The notes under the pieces were generated by a model. It was not told the DNA's origin. It made no database searches and worked only from the letters and a program-made list of their open reading frames with translations. Shown one piece after another: positions 31,585 to 41,510 of a stretch of DNA of 64,000 nucleotides. Every line of letters starts with the position of its first letter. Position 1 is the first letter of the stretch. The stretch spans positions 2,207 through 66,206 of the forward strand of contig JBARCX010000199.1 in assembly GCA_049794535.1 (NCBI GenBank), given 5' to 3'. Source of the stretch: Rhodanobacter sp. (lineage in GTDB: Bacteria; Pseudomonadota; Gammaproteobacteria; Xanthomonadales; Rhodanobacteraceae). Made by a program: the position numbers and the translations under genes.

Positions 31585-32073
31585 TCAATCGATTCTACGG
31601 ATCTCAGTGCCGGCAGCCAGGTCGTGTACAGCGCGATGGCGCGGGTCGAATAGTGCTGGCGACAACCATAACGCCCAGCCGATCATCACGGCCCACAATG
31701 CACCATGTTGGCCGACGAAGGGTGCCAGTTCCAGCAGCACTAGTGGTACTGCGGCAACCAATAAGCGCACTAGTGCTTGTTGCAGTGTCAGGCGAGCACC
31801 GTCGCGCGCTGTGATGCGAATGCGCCAGGGGCGCATCCCTAGCGTTTGTCCGCCACGTAACCAAGAAGTTATGAAATAAGCTGCTACTACTAACCCCTGC
31901 ACTGGCTGATACCACCAGGCGATGTGTATTTGTGCGCCGGTAGCGATCAGTTGCCCGTGCGTAGCCATCTGGCAAAGCAGGCCGACCACCATCACGATCG
32001 CCACCACGGCAAGTAGGTCGTAGACCATGGCAAGCAGGCGACGCCATAGCGGGCAATAGGTAGTTGCAGTCAT
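31585..32073 (-). CDS. RDD family membrane protein
   Basis: CPLWRRLLAMVYDLLAVVAI.. N-terminus and three TM segments. Start chosen at MTATTY. Confidence 0.6.
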   Translation of the reverse strand: MTATTYCPLWRRLLAMVYDLLAVVAIVMVVGLLCQMATHGQLIATGAQIHIAWWYQPVQGLVVAAYFITSWLRGGQTLGMRPWRIRITARDGARLTLQQALVRLLVAAVPLVLLELAPFVGQHGALWAVMIGWALWLSPALFDPRHRAVHDLAAGTEIRRID

Positions 32074-32099
32074 CGGTTCGCTTGCATGGTAGGCGCGCA

Positions 32100-33026
32100 A
32101 TGGCCAGCATCGCGTGCATGGAAGAGAACACAAGTATTACCGATGCCGACCAAGCCAGTATCGCCGCCTTCATCGAGCGGGTTTGGTCGGAAGATGGTTT
32201 GGCCGATCGCACGCTGGATGCCTATCGGCGTGACCTGGAAACACTGGCACGTTGGCTGGCCGCGCGTGGGCGCACGTTGCGTACGGCGCAGCGCGAAGAT
32301 CTATCGGCTTTTCATGGCAGCCAGCCTGTGGCAGTGCGCTCAATGGCGCGTCGGCAATCGGCGTTCCGGCGCTACTACGGTTTCATCGTGCGCAACGAAC
32401 CGGGCTTTGACGATCCCACCTTGCTCATTGAGCGCCCGCGCATGCCGCGCAGCCTGCCCAAAGCGTTAGCCGAACGCGAGATCGAGGGGCTGCTCAATGC
32501 GCCGGACACATCCACCACCCTGGGGTTGCGAGATCGAGCGATGCTGGAGCTGATGTACGCCTCGGGTCTGCGCGTGTCCGAATTGGTGGAGTTGCCATTG
32601 GCGGCATTGAATCCACGCCAGGGCGTATTACGTGTCACGGGCAAGGGGGGCAAGGATCGGCTGGTACCGGTTGGCGAGGTGGCGCTGGAACGTATCGAGG
32701 CGTATCTCGCCGGTGCGCGTCCGGTACTGGCGAAGGGGAGGCAACCCGCGGCGCTGTTCTTGAGCAAGCGCGGCGAGGGCATGACGCGGCAGATGTTCTG
32801 GACACTGGTGAAGCGCTACGCCCTGGTGATGGGCATCAACGCAAAACGCATCTCACCGCATGTGTTGCGACATTCCTTTGCCACACATCTGCTCAATCAT
32901 GGTGCTGACCTACGCGCGTTGCAGATGCTGCTGGGTCACAGTGCATTGAGTACGACTCAGATCTATACGTTGGTAGCGAAAGAGGGTCTCAAGCGTTTAC
33001 ACGCGCAGCATCATCCGCGCGGTTGA
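32100..33026 (+). CDS. xerD: site-specific tyrosine recombinase XerD
   Basis: FIERVWSEDGLADRTLDAYRRDL.. N-terminal domain. Catalytic region SPHVLRHSFATHLL..LLGHSALSTTQIYT. The xerD-dsbC synteny is conserved. Start is uncertain (32100 or 32118). Confidence 0.88.
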   Translation: MASIACMEENTSITDADQASIAAFIERVWSEDGLADRTLDAYRRDLETLARWLAARGRTLRTAQREDLSAFHGSQPVAVRSMARRQSAFRRYYGFIVRNEPGFDDPTLLIERPRMPRSLPKALAEREIEGLLNAPDTSTTLGLRDRAMLELMYASGLRVSELVELPLAALNPRQGVLRVTGKGGKDRLVPVGEVALERIEAYLAGARPVLAKGRQPAALFLSKRGEGMTRQMFWTLVKRYALVMGINAKRISPHVLRHSFATHLLNHGADLRALQMLLGHSALSTTQIYTLVAKEGLKRLHAQHHPRG

Positions 33027-33112
33027 ATGTTGTGAAGGCCAGTTCATATCCCTGCACACTCGCTATGCGAGAATCGGAAGACCGTTAGCACGGCTAGCGG
33101 CAATCGAGGTGG

Positions 33113-33916
33113 ATGATGTTGAAGAAATGGTTGCTGGCGGTGTGCGTCAGTGGATTCGCACTAGGTGTCTCCGCGGCCGACAATGTGGCTGGCGGTAATA
33201 CAGCCGGTAACAAAACGGTTGTGGATGCTGCTGTCCCTGCCAACGTGGCAGACATCGTGCGCAAGGCGGTCGAAGGATTCGCTCCCGGCGTGAGGGTGGA
33301 CATGATCACCCCGGCGCCCATGCCTGGCTATTACGAAGTGATTGCCTCCGGTCAGCTGGTTTATGTCAGCGCAGATGGCAAGTACATGATGAACGGCGAT
33401 CTGGTCGATCTGGCTACCAAGAAGAGCCTGGGTGATGCCGGCTGGGCAGCTTTCCGTAAGGCTGCGCTCGACAAGGTGCCGGCAGCGCAGCGCATCGTGT
33501 TCGCGCCGCCGAATCCGAAATATACGGTTACCGTGTTCACTGACGTCAATTGTGGCTATTGCCGTGCCTTGCACCAGCACATTGACGCGATCAACAAAGA
33601 AGGCATCGCGGTGGAGTATCTGGCATGGCCGCGCCAAGGCGTGACCGGCGATGACGGTCGTCCGACGCCGATCTATACCGAGATGGTGTCGGTATGGTGC
33701 GCCGCCGACCCCAAGATAGCCTTCACCGATGCGAAGGAAGGCAAGGCGCCGAAGCCTGCTACCTGTGCCAACCCGGTGAAAGACGAGTTCGACCTGGGCT
33801 TGAAGCTGGGTATCAGCGGTACGCCGGCCATTTTGGCCGAGGATGGCACCATGATTGGCGGCTATATGACGCCGGAAGACCTGCTCAAAGCCGTGAAAAA
33901 GCACAGCGGAAGCTGA
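33113..33916 (+). CDS. dsbC: thiol:disulfide interchange protein DsbC
   Basis: Signal peptide, an N-terminal dimerisation domain, and a thioredoxin fold with the CGYC active site (FTDVNCGYCRALH). Confidence 0.88.
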   Translation: MMLKKWLLAVCVSGFALGVSAADNVAGGNTAGNKTVVDAAVPANVADIVRKAVEGFAPGVRVDMITPAPMPGYYEVIASGQLVYVSADGKYMMNGDLVDLATKKSLGDAGWAAFRKAALDKVPAAQRIVFAPPNPKYTVTVFTDVNCGYCRALHQHIDAINKEGIAVEYLAWPRQGVTGDDGRPTPIYTEMVSVWCAADPKIAFTDAKEGKAPKPATCANPVKDEFDLGLKLGISGTPAILAEDGTMIGGYMTPEDLLKAVKKHSGS

Positions 33917-34048
33917 GGACAGCCCTGGATGGGGTCGCACGGGCTATGCCGTGCAGCCCCCTGGCGGCATCCCGGTTTAACGGGTTGCTTATGCCGTATT
34001 GCAGCATCGGGTAGAATGGGCGTTTTCCGCTAAAGCGCCGTTCCCCGC

Positions 34049-37000
34049 ATGATCGCACTCGACGGGCAGAGCGCCCTCTCGCCATTTCGTCTCGACCGCC
34101 TCAACGCCCGCCTCGATGCCTTGCATCGTGGTGCACGGATACAGGCCTCGTGGTTCGTCTATTTCCTGGACGTTGCTGTCGCGCCGGAGGGCGAGCAGCG
34201 CAAACGCCTACTGGACGTACTGGAAGCGAAAGACGCCGCCCCTGAGGCCGCCACACTGTGGGTAGTGCCGCGACTGGGCACGATTTCACCGTGGTCGAGC
34301 AAGGCCACCGATATTCTCCATGGCGCCGGTTTTGACGTGCGTCGCGTAGAGCGTGGGCTGGCCTGGCAGGCGGTTGGCCTACCGGCGTCCGATGCGCCGT
34401 CCCATGCGGGGGTGATGGCCGTGCTATGCGACGCGATGACCCAGTCGGTGCTAACCAGCCTCGACCAAGCGCAGGGCCTGTTCCTCGCCGGCACGCCGGG
34501 CGATCTGGTGTACATCCCACTGGGCAGTGATGCCCGCACCGCATTGAATGAAGCCAATGTGCGGTTGGGCCTTGCGCTAGCCGAAGACGAGGTCGATTAC
34601 CTCGCCGATTGTTACGCGGAGCTTGGCCGCGATCCGACGGATGCCGAACTCTTCATGTTCGCGCAGGCCAACTCCGAGCATTGCCGCCACAAGGTGTTCA
34701 ACGCGAGTTGGACACTGGACGGTGAAGAACAGGACAAGAGCCTGTTCGGCATGATCAAGAACACGCATGCTCATTCGCCAGCACACACGTTGTCTGCCTA
34801 CAAGGACAACGCAGCGGTGATCGAGGGTTCGACGGGTCGTCGTTTCTTCGCCGATGCCGACGGCGTGTGGCAGGGTCGCGAAGAGCGTATCGACTTCGCG
34901 ATCAAGGTGGAGACGCACAATCACCCCACCGCGATCGCACCATGGCCCGGCGCAGCTACCGGTGCCGGCGGCGAGATCCGCGATGAAGGTGCCACCGGTC
35001 GTGGCGCCAAACCGAAGGCTGGCCTGACGGGTTTCTCGGTGTCCGACTTGCGCATTCCCGGCCATCCGCAGCCGTGGGAAGTCGAGCGCCCGTTGCCGCC
35101 GCGCATGGCGAGTGCATTCGAGATCATGCGCGATGGCCCGCTCGGTGCCGCCGCGTTCAATAACGAATTCGGCCGTTCGTGCCTGGGCGGCTATTTCCGC
35201 AGTTACGAGCACGAAACCGGTGAAGCCGGCGTACGTCGTGGCTACGACAAGCCAATCATGATGGCGGGTGGCCTTGCCAACATTCGTGCTGACCATGTGC
35301 AGAAGCGTGAGCTGCAGCCCGGCCATGCGGTGATCGTGCTCGGTGGCCCGGCGATGCTGATTGGTCTTGGCGGCGGTGCCGCTTCGTCGGTGGCTTCTGG
35401 TGCGTCGAGCGCCGAGCTGGATTTTGCTTCCGTGCAGCGTGACAACGCAGAAATGGAGCGTCGCTGCCAGCAAGTGATCGACAGCTGCTGGTCGCGCGGC
35501 GATCGCAATCCGATTGTCAGCATCCACGACGTGGGTGCGGGTGGTCTTTCGAATGCCATCCCCGAATTGCTCAATGACGCCGGTGTTGGCGGCGAGATCG
35601 ATCTGTCAAAGCTTCCTTGTGATGATCCCTCGCTGTCGCCGATGCAGGTGTGGAGCAACGAGTCGCAAGAGCGTTACGTGCTGGCCATCGCTACGGCTGA
35701 CCTGCCCGAGTTTGAGGCCTATTGCATACGCGAGCGTTGCCCGTATGCCGTGGTCGGCACGGCCACCGAAAAGCGTCAGCTGGTGCTGCGCGATCCGCGT
35801 CGCGACCTTACCGTTATCGATCTGCCGATGGATGTGCTGTTCGGCAAGCCGCCGCGCATGCACCGCGATGCCAAGCGGATCAAACCGCGCGTCGACCTGA
35901 TACCGGATCTCTCCGGCATCGGCATGGATGAGGCGCTGTCGCGCGTACTGCGCTTGCCCACCGTGGGCAGCAAGAGCTTTCTGATCACCATCGGTGACCG
36001 TACTGTTGGCGGCCTCAATCATCGCGATCCGATGGTGGGTCCGTGGCAGGTGCCGGTGGCCGACTGTGCAGTGACTATCGCCGATTTCGACAGCTACAAG
36101 GGCGAAGCGATGGCGATGGCTGAGCGCGCGCCGGTGGCGCTGCTCAGCAGTGCCGCCGCTGCACGTCTGGCGGTGGGTGAAGCGATTACCAATCTTGCCG
36201 CGGCGCCCATCGAGCAGCTCGGCGAGATCCGCCTTTCCGCGAACTGGATGGCGGCGGTGAACCACCCTGGTGAAGACGCCGCACTGTTCGATGCCGTGAA
36301 AGCGGTCGGCATGGATCTATGTCCGGCGCTCGATATTTCTATTCCGGTCGGCAAGGACTCGTTGTCCATGCAGACGGTATGGAAGGACGGCGAGCAAGCG
36401 CAGCGTACGATTGCCCCGGTGTCGCTGGTCATCACCGGTTTTGCCCGAGTCAGCGATGTGCGCCACACGCTCACCCCGCAGATCAAGCTTGATCGTGGCG
36501 ATTCCGACTTGTGGCTGATCGATCTGGGTGCGGGTCGTGATCGCCTCGGTAGCTCTGCGCTGACGCAGGTGTTCAACCGCGGCGGCGGTGTGCCGCCGGA
36601 TCTGGACGATGCGAAGCGCTTGAAGGCATTGTTCGAGCTGGTGCAGGAAGCCAATCGCAGCGGTCTCGCGTTGGCTTATCACGACCGCTCCGACGGCGGT
36701 GCAATTGTCACCCTGCTGGAGATGGCCTTTGCCGGTCACTGCGGACTGGAAATCCATCTGGATGGGTGGGCCGAAGCGGCACTGCGCGCATTGTTCAACG
36801 AAGAGCTGGGCGCGGTATTGCAGGTGGCTGTCGCCAATCGCGAGGCGTTCGAAGCACTGCTGGTGAAGCACGGCCTCGCCGGCATGAGTCATCGGATTGG
36901 ACGTCCAAAAGAAAAGCTTGGCATCAAGCTGTTCCTCAATGGCGACACTTTGTTCAAGTGGAACTGGACGGAATTGTTCAGTACCTGGAACGAGACCAGC

Positions 37001-37909
37001 CACGCCATGCAGCGTCTGCGCGACAATCCGCTCAGCGCGGATGCTGAGCGCGAATGGCGCCTCGATGATGCTGATCCGGGCATCACTCCAAAGCTCACTT
37101 TCGATCCGGCCGATAACGTCGCCGCGTTGTTGATCGCCAGTGGCGCCAAGCCTCGCGTGGCGATCCTGCGCGAGCAGGGCGTCAACGGCCAAGTGGAGAT
37201 GGCGGCAGCCTTCACGCGTGCCGGCTTCGAGGCAGTAGACGTGCACATGTCCGACCTTGCCAGCGGTCGCATCAAGCTTGCGGACTTTCGCGGCTTCGCT
37301 GCTTGCGGCGGCTTCTCCTATGGCGACGTGCTGGGTGCCGGCCGTGGTTGGGCCACCTCGATCCTTTACAACGAGATGTTGCGCGCAGAGTTCACTGCGT
37401 TCTTTGCCGATCCGACGAAATTCGCGCTGGGTGTGTGCAACGGTTGCCAGATGCTCTCGCAGCTCAAGGACATCATCCCCGGCGCACAGCATTGGCCGAA
37501 GTTCCTGCGCAACGCGTCCGAGCAGTACGAAGCACGACTGGCCACGCTGGAAGTGCTCGATACGCCGAGCATCTTCTTCAAGGGCATGGCCGGCTCGCGT
37601 ATCCCGGTGGCAGTGGCGCACGGCGAGGGTCGCGTGAGCTTCCCGCAAGCATGCAGCCCGGCAAAATCAGGCAGTGCGGTGCGCTTTGTCGACAATCGCG
37701 GCAAGCCGACTGAGAACTTCCCGTTGAACCCGAACGGTTCACCCGGTGGATTGGCTGGCTTCACGGCCGCTGACGGCCGGGTGAGCATCCTGATGCCGCA
37801 TCCGGAGCGTGTATTCCGCAATGTGCAGCTGAGCTGGCATCCGGAGAAGTGGGGCGAAGATTCACCGTGGATGCGCATGTTCTACAACGCACGGGTGTGG
37901 TGCGGCTAA
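34049..37909 (+). CDS. purL: phosphoribosylformylglycinamidine synthase (large single-chain form)
   Basis: 1286 aa: [15 protein letters not shown].., [26 protein letters not shown], and a C-terminal glutaminase domain with GVCNGCQML. Confidence 0.95.
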   Translation: MIALDGQSALSPFRLDRLNARLDALHRGARIQASWFVYFLDVAVAPEGEQRKRLLDVLEAKDAAPEAATLWVVPRLGTISPWSSKATDILHGAGFDVRRVERGLAWQAVGLPASDAPSHAGVMAVLCDAMTQSVLTSLDQAQGLFLAGTPGDLVYIPLGSDARTALNEANVRLGLALAEDEVDYLADCYAELGRDPTDAELFMFAQANSEHCRHKVFNASWTLDGEEQDKSLFGMIKNTHAHSPAHTLSAYKDNAAVIEGSTGRRFFADADGVWQGREERIDFAIKVETHNHPTAIAPWPGAATGAGGEIRDEGATGRGAKPKAGLTGFSVSDLRIPGHPQPWEVERPLPPRMASAFEIMRDGPLGAAAFNNEFGRSCLGGYFRSYEHETGEAGVRRGYDKPIMMAGGLANIRADHVQKRELQPGHAVIVLGGPAMLIGLGGGAASSVASGASSAELDFASVQRDNAEMERRCQQVIDSCWSRGDRNPIVSIHDVGAGGLSNAIPELLNDAGVGGEIDLSKLPCDDPSLSPMQVWSNESQERYVLAIATADLPEFEAYCIRERCPYAVVGTATEKRQLVLRDPRRDLTVIDLPMDVLFGKPPRMHRDAKRIKPRVDLIPDLSGIGMDEALSRVLRLPTVGSKSFLITIGDRTVGGLNHRDPMVGPWQVPVADCAVTIADFDSYKGEAMAMAERAPVALLSSAAAARLAVGEAITNLAAAPIEQLGEIRLSANWMAAVNHPGEDAALFDAVKAVGMDLCPALDISIPVGKDSLSMQTVWKDGEQAQRTIAPVSLVITGFARVSDVRHTLTPQIKLDRGDSDLWLIDLGAGRDRLGSSALTQVFNRGGGVPPDLDDAKRLKALFELVQEANRSGLALAYHDRSDGGAIVTLLEMAFAGHCGLEIHLDGWAEAALRALFNEELGAVLQVAVANREAFEALLVKHGLAGMSHRIGRPKEKLGIKLFLNGDTLFKWNWTELFSTWNETSHAMQRLRDNPLSADAEREWRLDDADPGITPKLTFDPADNVAALLIASGAKPRVAILREQGVNGQVEMAAAFTRAGFEAVDVHMSDLASGRIKLADFRGFAACGGFSYGDVLGAGRGWATSILYNEMLRAEFTAFFADPTKFALGVCNGCQMLSQLKDIIPGAQHWPKFLRNASEQYEARLATLEVLDTPSIFFKGMAGSRIPVAVAHGEGRVSFPQACSPAKSGSAVRFVDNRGKPTENFPLNPNGSPGGLAGFTAADGRVSILMPHPERVFRNVQLSWHPEKWGEDSPWMRMFYNARVWCG

Positions 37910-38643
37910 GGCTGCACTCCTTTGAACGGCGATGGCCAGGCGGATTGCTGGCCGTCGTGTGGACACTGTTGCTGGCCTTGTTGCCGTGGTGGCTGGATTT
38001 ACCGCTATTGCTCACGCTGTCCGTCGCGCTGCTGGTGTGGACTCACTGGCTGGGCGAACACGCGCAAACGATGCGTCGCGCACTTCGGTGGGGTCTACCC
38101 GGCCTGTTAGTCGCCGTGTTTCGCGCATTGGCTGGCAATCCGTTGGCATGGTTGTTGGTGCTGCTCGTTGCGCTGGCTGGCTTCTCGTTATTGATGCTGC
38201 TCGAGTCCTGGCTGGATCGAGGAAAGCACGCTATGCCCTCATCGTTACTGCCTATGGAGTGGAGCGAGCTGGCGCTGGCACCCATTGGGCCAACGGCAGC
38301 GATTATCGAGTTGCAGCCTCCTGCATGGCTGGCGGTCGACCAAGAGGTGACTGATCCGCGTGGCGATGAGGTGCACTACGCGAATCATACGTTTCGCCTG
38401 GGTGTCGGCAGGCAAATCGAGGGTGTCGATCCGCGCTATTGCTTCAGCCCTGACGGTTGCTGGTTTGCGGCCGTGTTAACGGCAGGGCGCGGCCTTGCAC
38501 TGCAGGATTGTCAGCGCGACAGGTTATATCGCCTGCGCGGCTGGCAGCTGATTGGCTGGTATGCGGGCCAGCCGTGGTTGAGTCGCGGTGAAAACCATGC
38601 ACCGATCGCGCTGTCTCATGTATTGGGGCGCGACGAAGACTGA
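37897..38643 (+). CDS. hypothetical membrane protein (about 4 TM N-terminal region plus a soluble C-terminal domain)
   Basis: The ORF overlaps the purL 3' end. Start is uncertain (ATG 37849, GTG 37897/37900). Hydrophobic [27 protein letters not shown] and [17 protein letters not shown]. No family recognised. Confidence 0.4.
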   Translation: MVRLRLHSFERRWPGGLLAVVWTLLLALLPWWLDLPLLLTLSVALLVWTHWLGEHAQTMRRALRWGLPGLLVAVFRALAGNPLAWLLVLLVALAGFSLLMLLESWLDRGKHAMPSSLLPMEWSELALAPIGPTAAIIELQPPAWLAVDQEVTDPRGDEVHYANHTFRLGVGRQIEGVDPRYCFSPDGCWFAAVLTAGRGLALQDCQRDRLYRLRGWQLIGWYAGQPWLSRGENHAPIALSHVLGRDED

Positions 38644-38774
38644 GCATTGCTCAGTAAGTCGGGTGAGTACGTTTCGTTCGCAAACCTTTACGAGTCACGC
38701 AGAAATATTGAACAGGCTCTTGGGCTTTCCAGAGATAGCGTGCCCTTCCACGTTGTCTCACGCATACTTGTACG

Positions 38775-39665
38775 GTGAATATGTCCGCCTCCAACTCCGT
38801 GTCGTCTGCATTGCCACTCAGTGTGATTGTGGTGTCCGCTGATAGCGGTGCCAGCCTGCGCGACTGCGTGCGCCAAGTGCTCGCATGCACCACGCCACTG
38901 GAGCTTCTGCTGATCGACAACGCGTCGGCTGATGGTGTGCCGGAGGCGATCGAGCGTGCGTACGAGCACGAGAAAGAATCGCGGCTCAAGGTGATCTACA
39001 ACCGCGCCAACCTTGGCTTTGGCCCGGCAGTCAATCGGGCGGCGCGACAGGCGCGTGGTGCGGCGCTGCTGATTCTCAATCCTGATTGTCTGTTGGATCA
39101 AGCCAGCCTGCAGCGCATGCTCGATGTGTTGGCCAGCGAGCCGAAGGTTGGGCTGGTCGGTGCCGTGGTGTGCGATGAGCAAGGTGTGCCGGATCCCGCG
39201 TCGTACCGGCGTGATCCCTTACTGCAGCGCTCACTCAATAGCATGTTTGGGCGCGATGGCGAAGGCGTCAATATTGCCGGTGATATACCGCATGCATTAG
39301 TCGAGGCAGAAGCGGTGTCCGGCGCACTGATGTTGATGCCGCGCACGTTGTTCGAGCGGCTGGATGGTTTTGACGAGAACTACTTCCTGCATTGCGAGGA
39401 TCTCGATCTTTGCCGCCGCGTGCGTGATGCAGGACGACGCGTGCTGCTAGCCGGTGACGTGCGCGTATTGCACGGCAAGGGTGGTTCCAGCCGGCATCGT
39501 CCAGTGTTCGTCAGCCGGCACAAGCATCGCGGTATGTGGCGCTGGTTCCGCAAATTCGATCCGTCTGCACGTAAGCCTCACGTGGCGACGCTAGTATGGC
39601 TCGGCATCTGGGCACATTTTGTCATGCAGATACCGGGTCAGTTGTGGAGGCTTTACACGCGATGA
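38775..39665 (+). CDS. family 2 glycosyltransferase
   Basis: LSVIVVSADSG..LLLIDNASADG (DxD-type context), NLGFGPAVNRAA, CEDLDLCRR. These are typical GT2 motifs. Confidence 0.8.
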   Translation: MNMSASNSVSSALPLSVIVVSADSGASLRDCVRQVLACTTPLELLLIDNASADGVPEAIERAYEHEKESRLKVIYNRANLGFGPAVNRAARQARGAALLILNPDCLLDQASLQRMLDVLASEPKVGLVGAVVCDEQGVPDPASYRRDPLLQRSLNSMFGRDGEGVNIAGDIPHALVEAEAVSGALMLMPRTLFERLDGFDENYFLHCEDLDLCRRVRDAGRRVLLAGDVRVLHGKGGSSRHRPVFVSRHKHRGMWRWFRKFDPSARKPHVATLVWLGIWAHFVMQIPGQLWRLYTR

Positions 39666-40570
39666 GTACGTCGGCACGGACGCGTACGCTGGCGACACTT
39701 GGCCTGCTGGCGATGACTGCGGTATGGGGCTCCACCTTCGTGCTGATCAAGGACGTGGTTGCACGTATGCCGGTGGCGGATTTCCTCGCCGTGCGCTTCG
39801 TGATTGCCGCACTGGTCATGCTGACGTTGTTTCACCGACACGTATGGCGGCTTGGGCGTGCGAAGTTATGGCGCGGTTTGTTACTCGGCGCGATTTACGG
39901 CTCAGGGCAGCTGCTGCAGACGTGGGGGCTATCACTGATCGCGCCTAGCGTTAGTGGTTTCGTCACCGGCATGTATGTGGTGTTTACGCCGATCCTCGCT
40001 ACCGTGCTCTTGCGTCAACGCATGGCCGGTGTGGTGTGGATTGCGGTAGTGGTGGCTACGGCGGGTTTGGCGTTGCTTTCGCTCAATGGGGTTTCCGTCG
40101 ACCTGGGTGTGTGGCTCACGTTGGCCGCTGCCGTGTTGTATGCGTTGCATATCGTAGGGCTTGGCCATTGGTCTCAAGCAGGCGATGCGTTCGGCTTGTC
40201 GGCAGTGCAAATGGTTTCCATCGCACTGGTTTGCCTATTGGCTACTGCGCCGCACGGACCGATGTTGCCGCCAGACCGCAGTGCATGGACCGGCGTGTTG
40301 TACATGGCCTTGATTGCCGGTGCGGGTGCGATGCTGATGCAGACCTGGGCGCAGGCTCATCTACCGGCCACGCGGGCAGCCATCGTGATGACCACCGAGC
40401 CGGTGTTCGCCGCGGGGTTCGCAGTGGCATTAGGTAGCGACGTGCTTACCTGGCGCATGTTGGTGGGCGGCGCACTCGTGCTGGCGGCGATGTATCTGGT
40501 TGAGTTGATGCCGCGGCGTGGTGCTACTGGCGATGGGTTGTCAGCAGAAGCGGTGCATCACGAGGTGTAA
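39662..40570 (+). CDS. DMT superfamily (EamA-like) transporter
   Basis: Start MSTSARTRT overlaps the GT2 stop (ATGA). Ten hydrophobic segments; AVWGSTFVLIKD is an EamA-type N-terminus. Confidence 0.75.
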   Translation: MSTSARTRTLATLGLLAMTAVWGSTFVLIKDVVARMPVADFLAVRFVIAALVMLTLFHRHVWRLGRAKLWRGLLLGAIYGSGQLLQTWGLSLIAPSVSGFVTGMYVVFTPILATVLLRQRMAGVVWIAVVVATAGLALLSLNGVSVDLGVWLTLAAAVLYALHIVGLGHWSQAGDAFGLSAVQMVSIALVCLLATAPHGPMLPPDRSAWTGVLYMALIAGAGAMLMQTWAQAHLPATRAAIVMTTEPVFAAGFAVALGSDVLTWRMLVGGALVLAAMYLVELMPRRGATGDGLSAEAVHHEV

Positions 40571-40586
40571 ATCACCCTGCCTTGCT

Positions 40587-41129
40587 TCAGTGCGATGCAG
40601 GAACTCGCGGCTGCATGGCGATGCGTACCAGGTACGCAACGATGATGACGTTGGCCACCAGCGCACCAAGCTTGAGCCAGGTAAAGCGATTCACTGTCTC
40701 GTACAGTTCCAGTGGAACCAGCGAGCCGGTGGCGATCACCGTGAACCATTCCGCCCAATGTTTACGCATCCACAGACCAATGCCTTCAGTGGCGAAGATG
40801 GCGGCATAGCCAAGCGCTACTAGGCCAATGGCGATGAACTTGCTTGGCCCCAGGTTCACCAGCAGCTCAACCAAATCCCAGCGGAGGCCGTTGCTGTCGG
40901 CCAGGGATAGATGCTCCAGCCAATGCACCAATTGCTCGAAGTTCTGCTGCCGGTCGAGATGGAACGCAACGATAGCGACCAGGATCAGGCTCGCGCTTTT
41001 GATGGCTTCGTAGACCGCGATGATGCGCAGACCGACGCTGTGCTGCGAGACGGGCTTTGAGATGGCAGCAACGGCGGTATCGGTATCGGACACGGTCAAT
41101 GGGGTTGCAGGCGGGCGGGCGATGGTCAT
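40587..41129 (-). CDS. DUF2127-like membrane protein
   Basis: LRIIAVYEAIKSASLILVAIVAFHL and EGIGLWMRKHWAEWFTVIATGSLVPLELYE match the DUF2127 pattern. Start chosen at MTIARPP. Confidence 0.6.
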   Translation of the reverse strand: MTIARPPATPLTVSDTDTAVAAISKPVSQHSVGLRIIAVYEAIKSASLILVAIVAFHLDRQQNFEQLVHWLEHLSLADSNGLRWDLVELLVNLGPSKFIAIGLVALGYAAIFATEGIGLWMRKHWAEWFTVIATGSLVPLELYETVNRFTWLKLGALVANVIIVAYLVRIAMQPRVPASH

Positions 41130-41305
41130 CGTCGCAGCATGAATGAGAGAGGGCGGCGTATGCAACGCTTCGCTCGAAGTGTTGCTACATCTTGCTTGGA
41201 AAGCCATGCCTCAATGGGCATGGCATCGATGTATGGGCGTTAGGCTTGCGCACAAGGTGGTTGCAGCGCCACGTGTACGTTGCTAATCACCAGGCCTAAG
41301 CGAAA

Positions 41306-41500
41306 TCAGCAACAACGCCCACCCGTGCCCTTGTAACGCGCCACCTGCCGCTCCCGGAAGAACTCCGCGTAAGTGGGCACTTTGCGTTCCGGGTGATGCT
41401 CACGCAGATGCTTCACGTAGACGTCGTAGTCAGGAACGCCACAGCAGAGGCGGGCGGTTTGCACCGCCCATTTCCGAATCGACTGGAACGTCGCTCTCAT
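41306..41500 (-). CDS. ybdD: YbdD/YjiX family small protein (DUF466)
   Basis: 64 aa with CGVPDYDVYVKHLREHHPERKVPTYAEFFRERQVARY and a terminal ..RCC. Lies immediately downstream of cstA, as in E. coli. Confidence 0.85.
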   Translation of the reverse strand: MRATFQSIRKWAVQTARLCCGVPDYDVYVKHLREHHPERKVPTYAEFFRERQVARYKGTGGRCC

Positions 41501-41510
41501 CGTGAGACTC

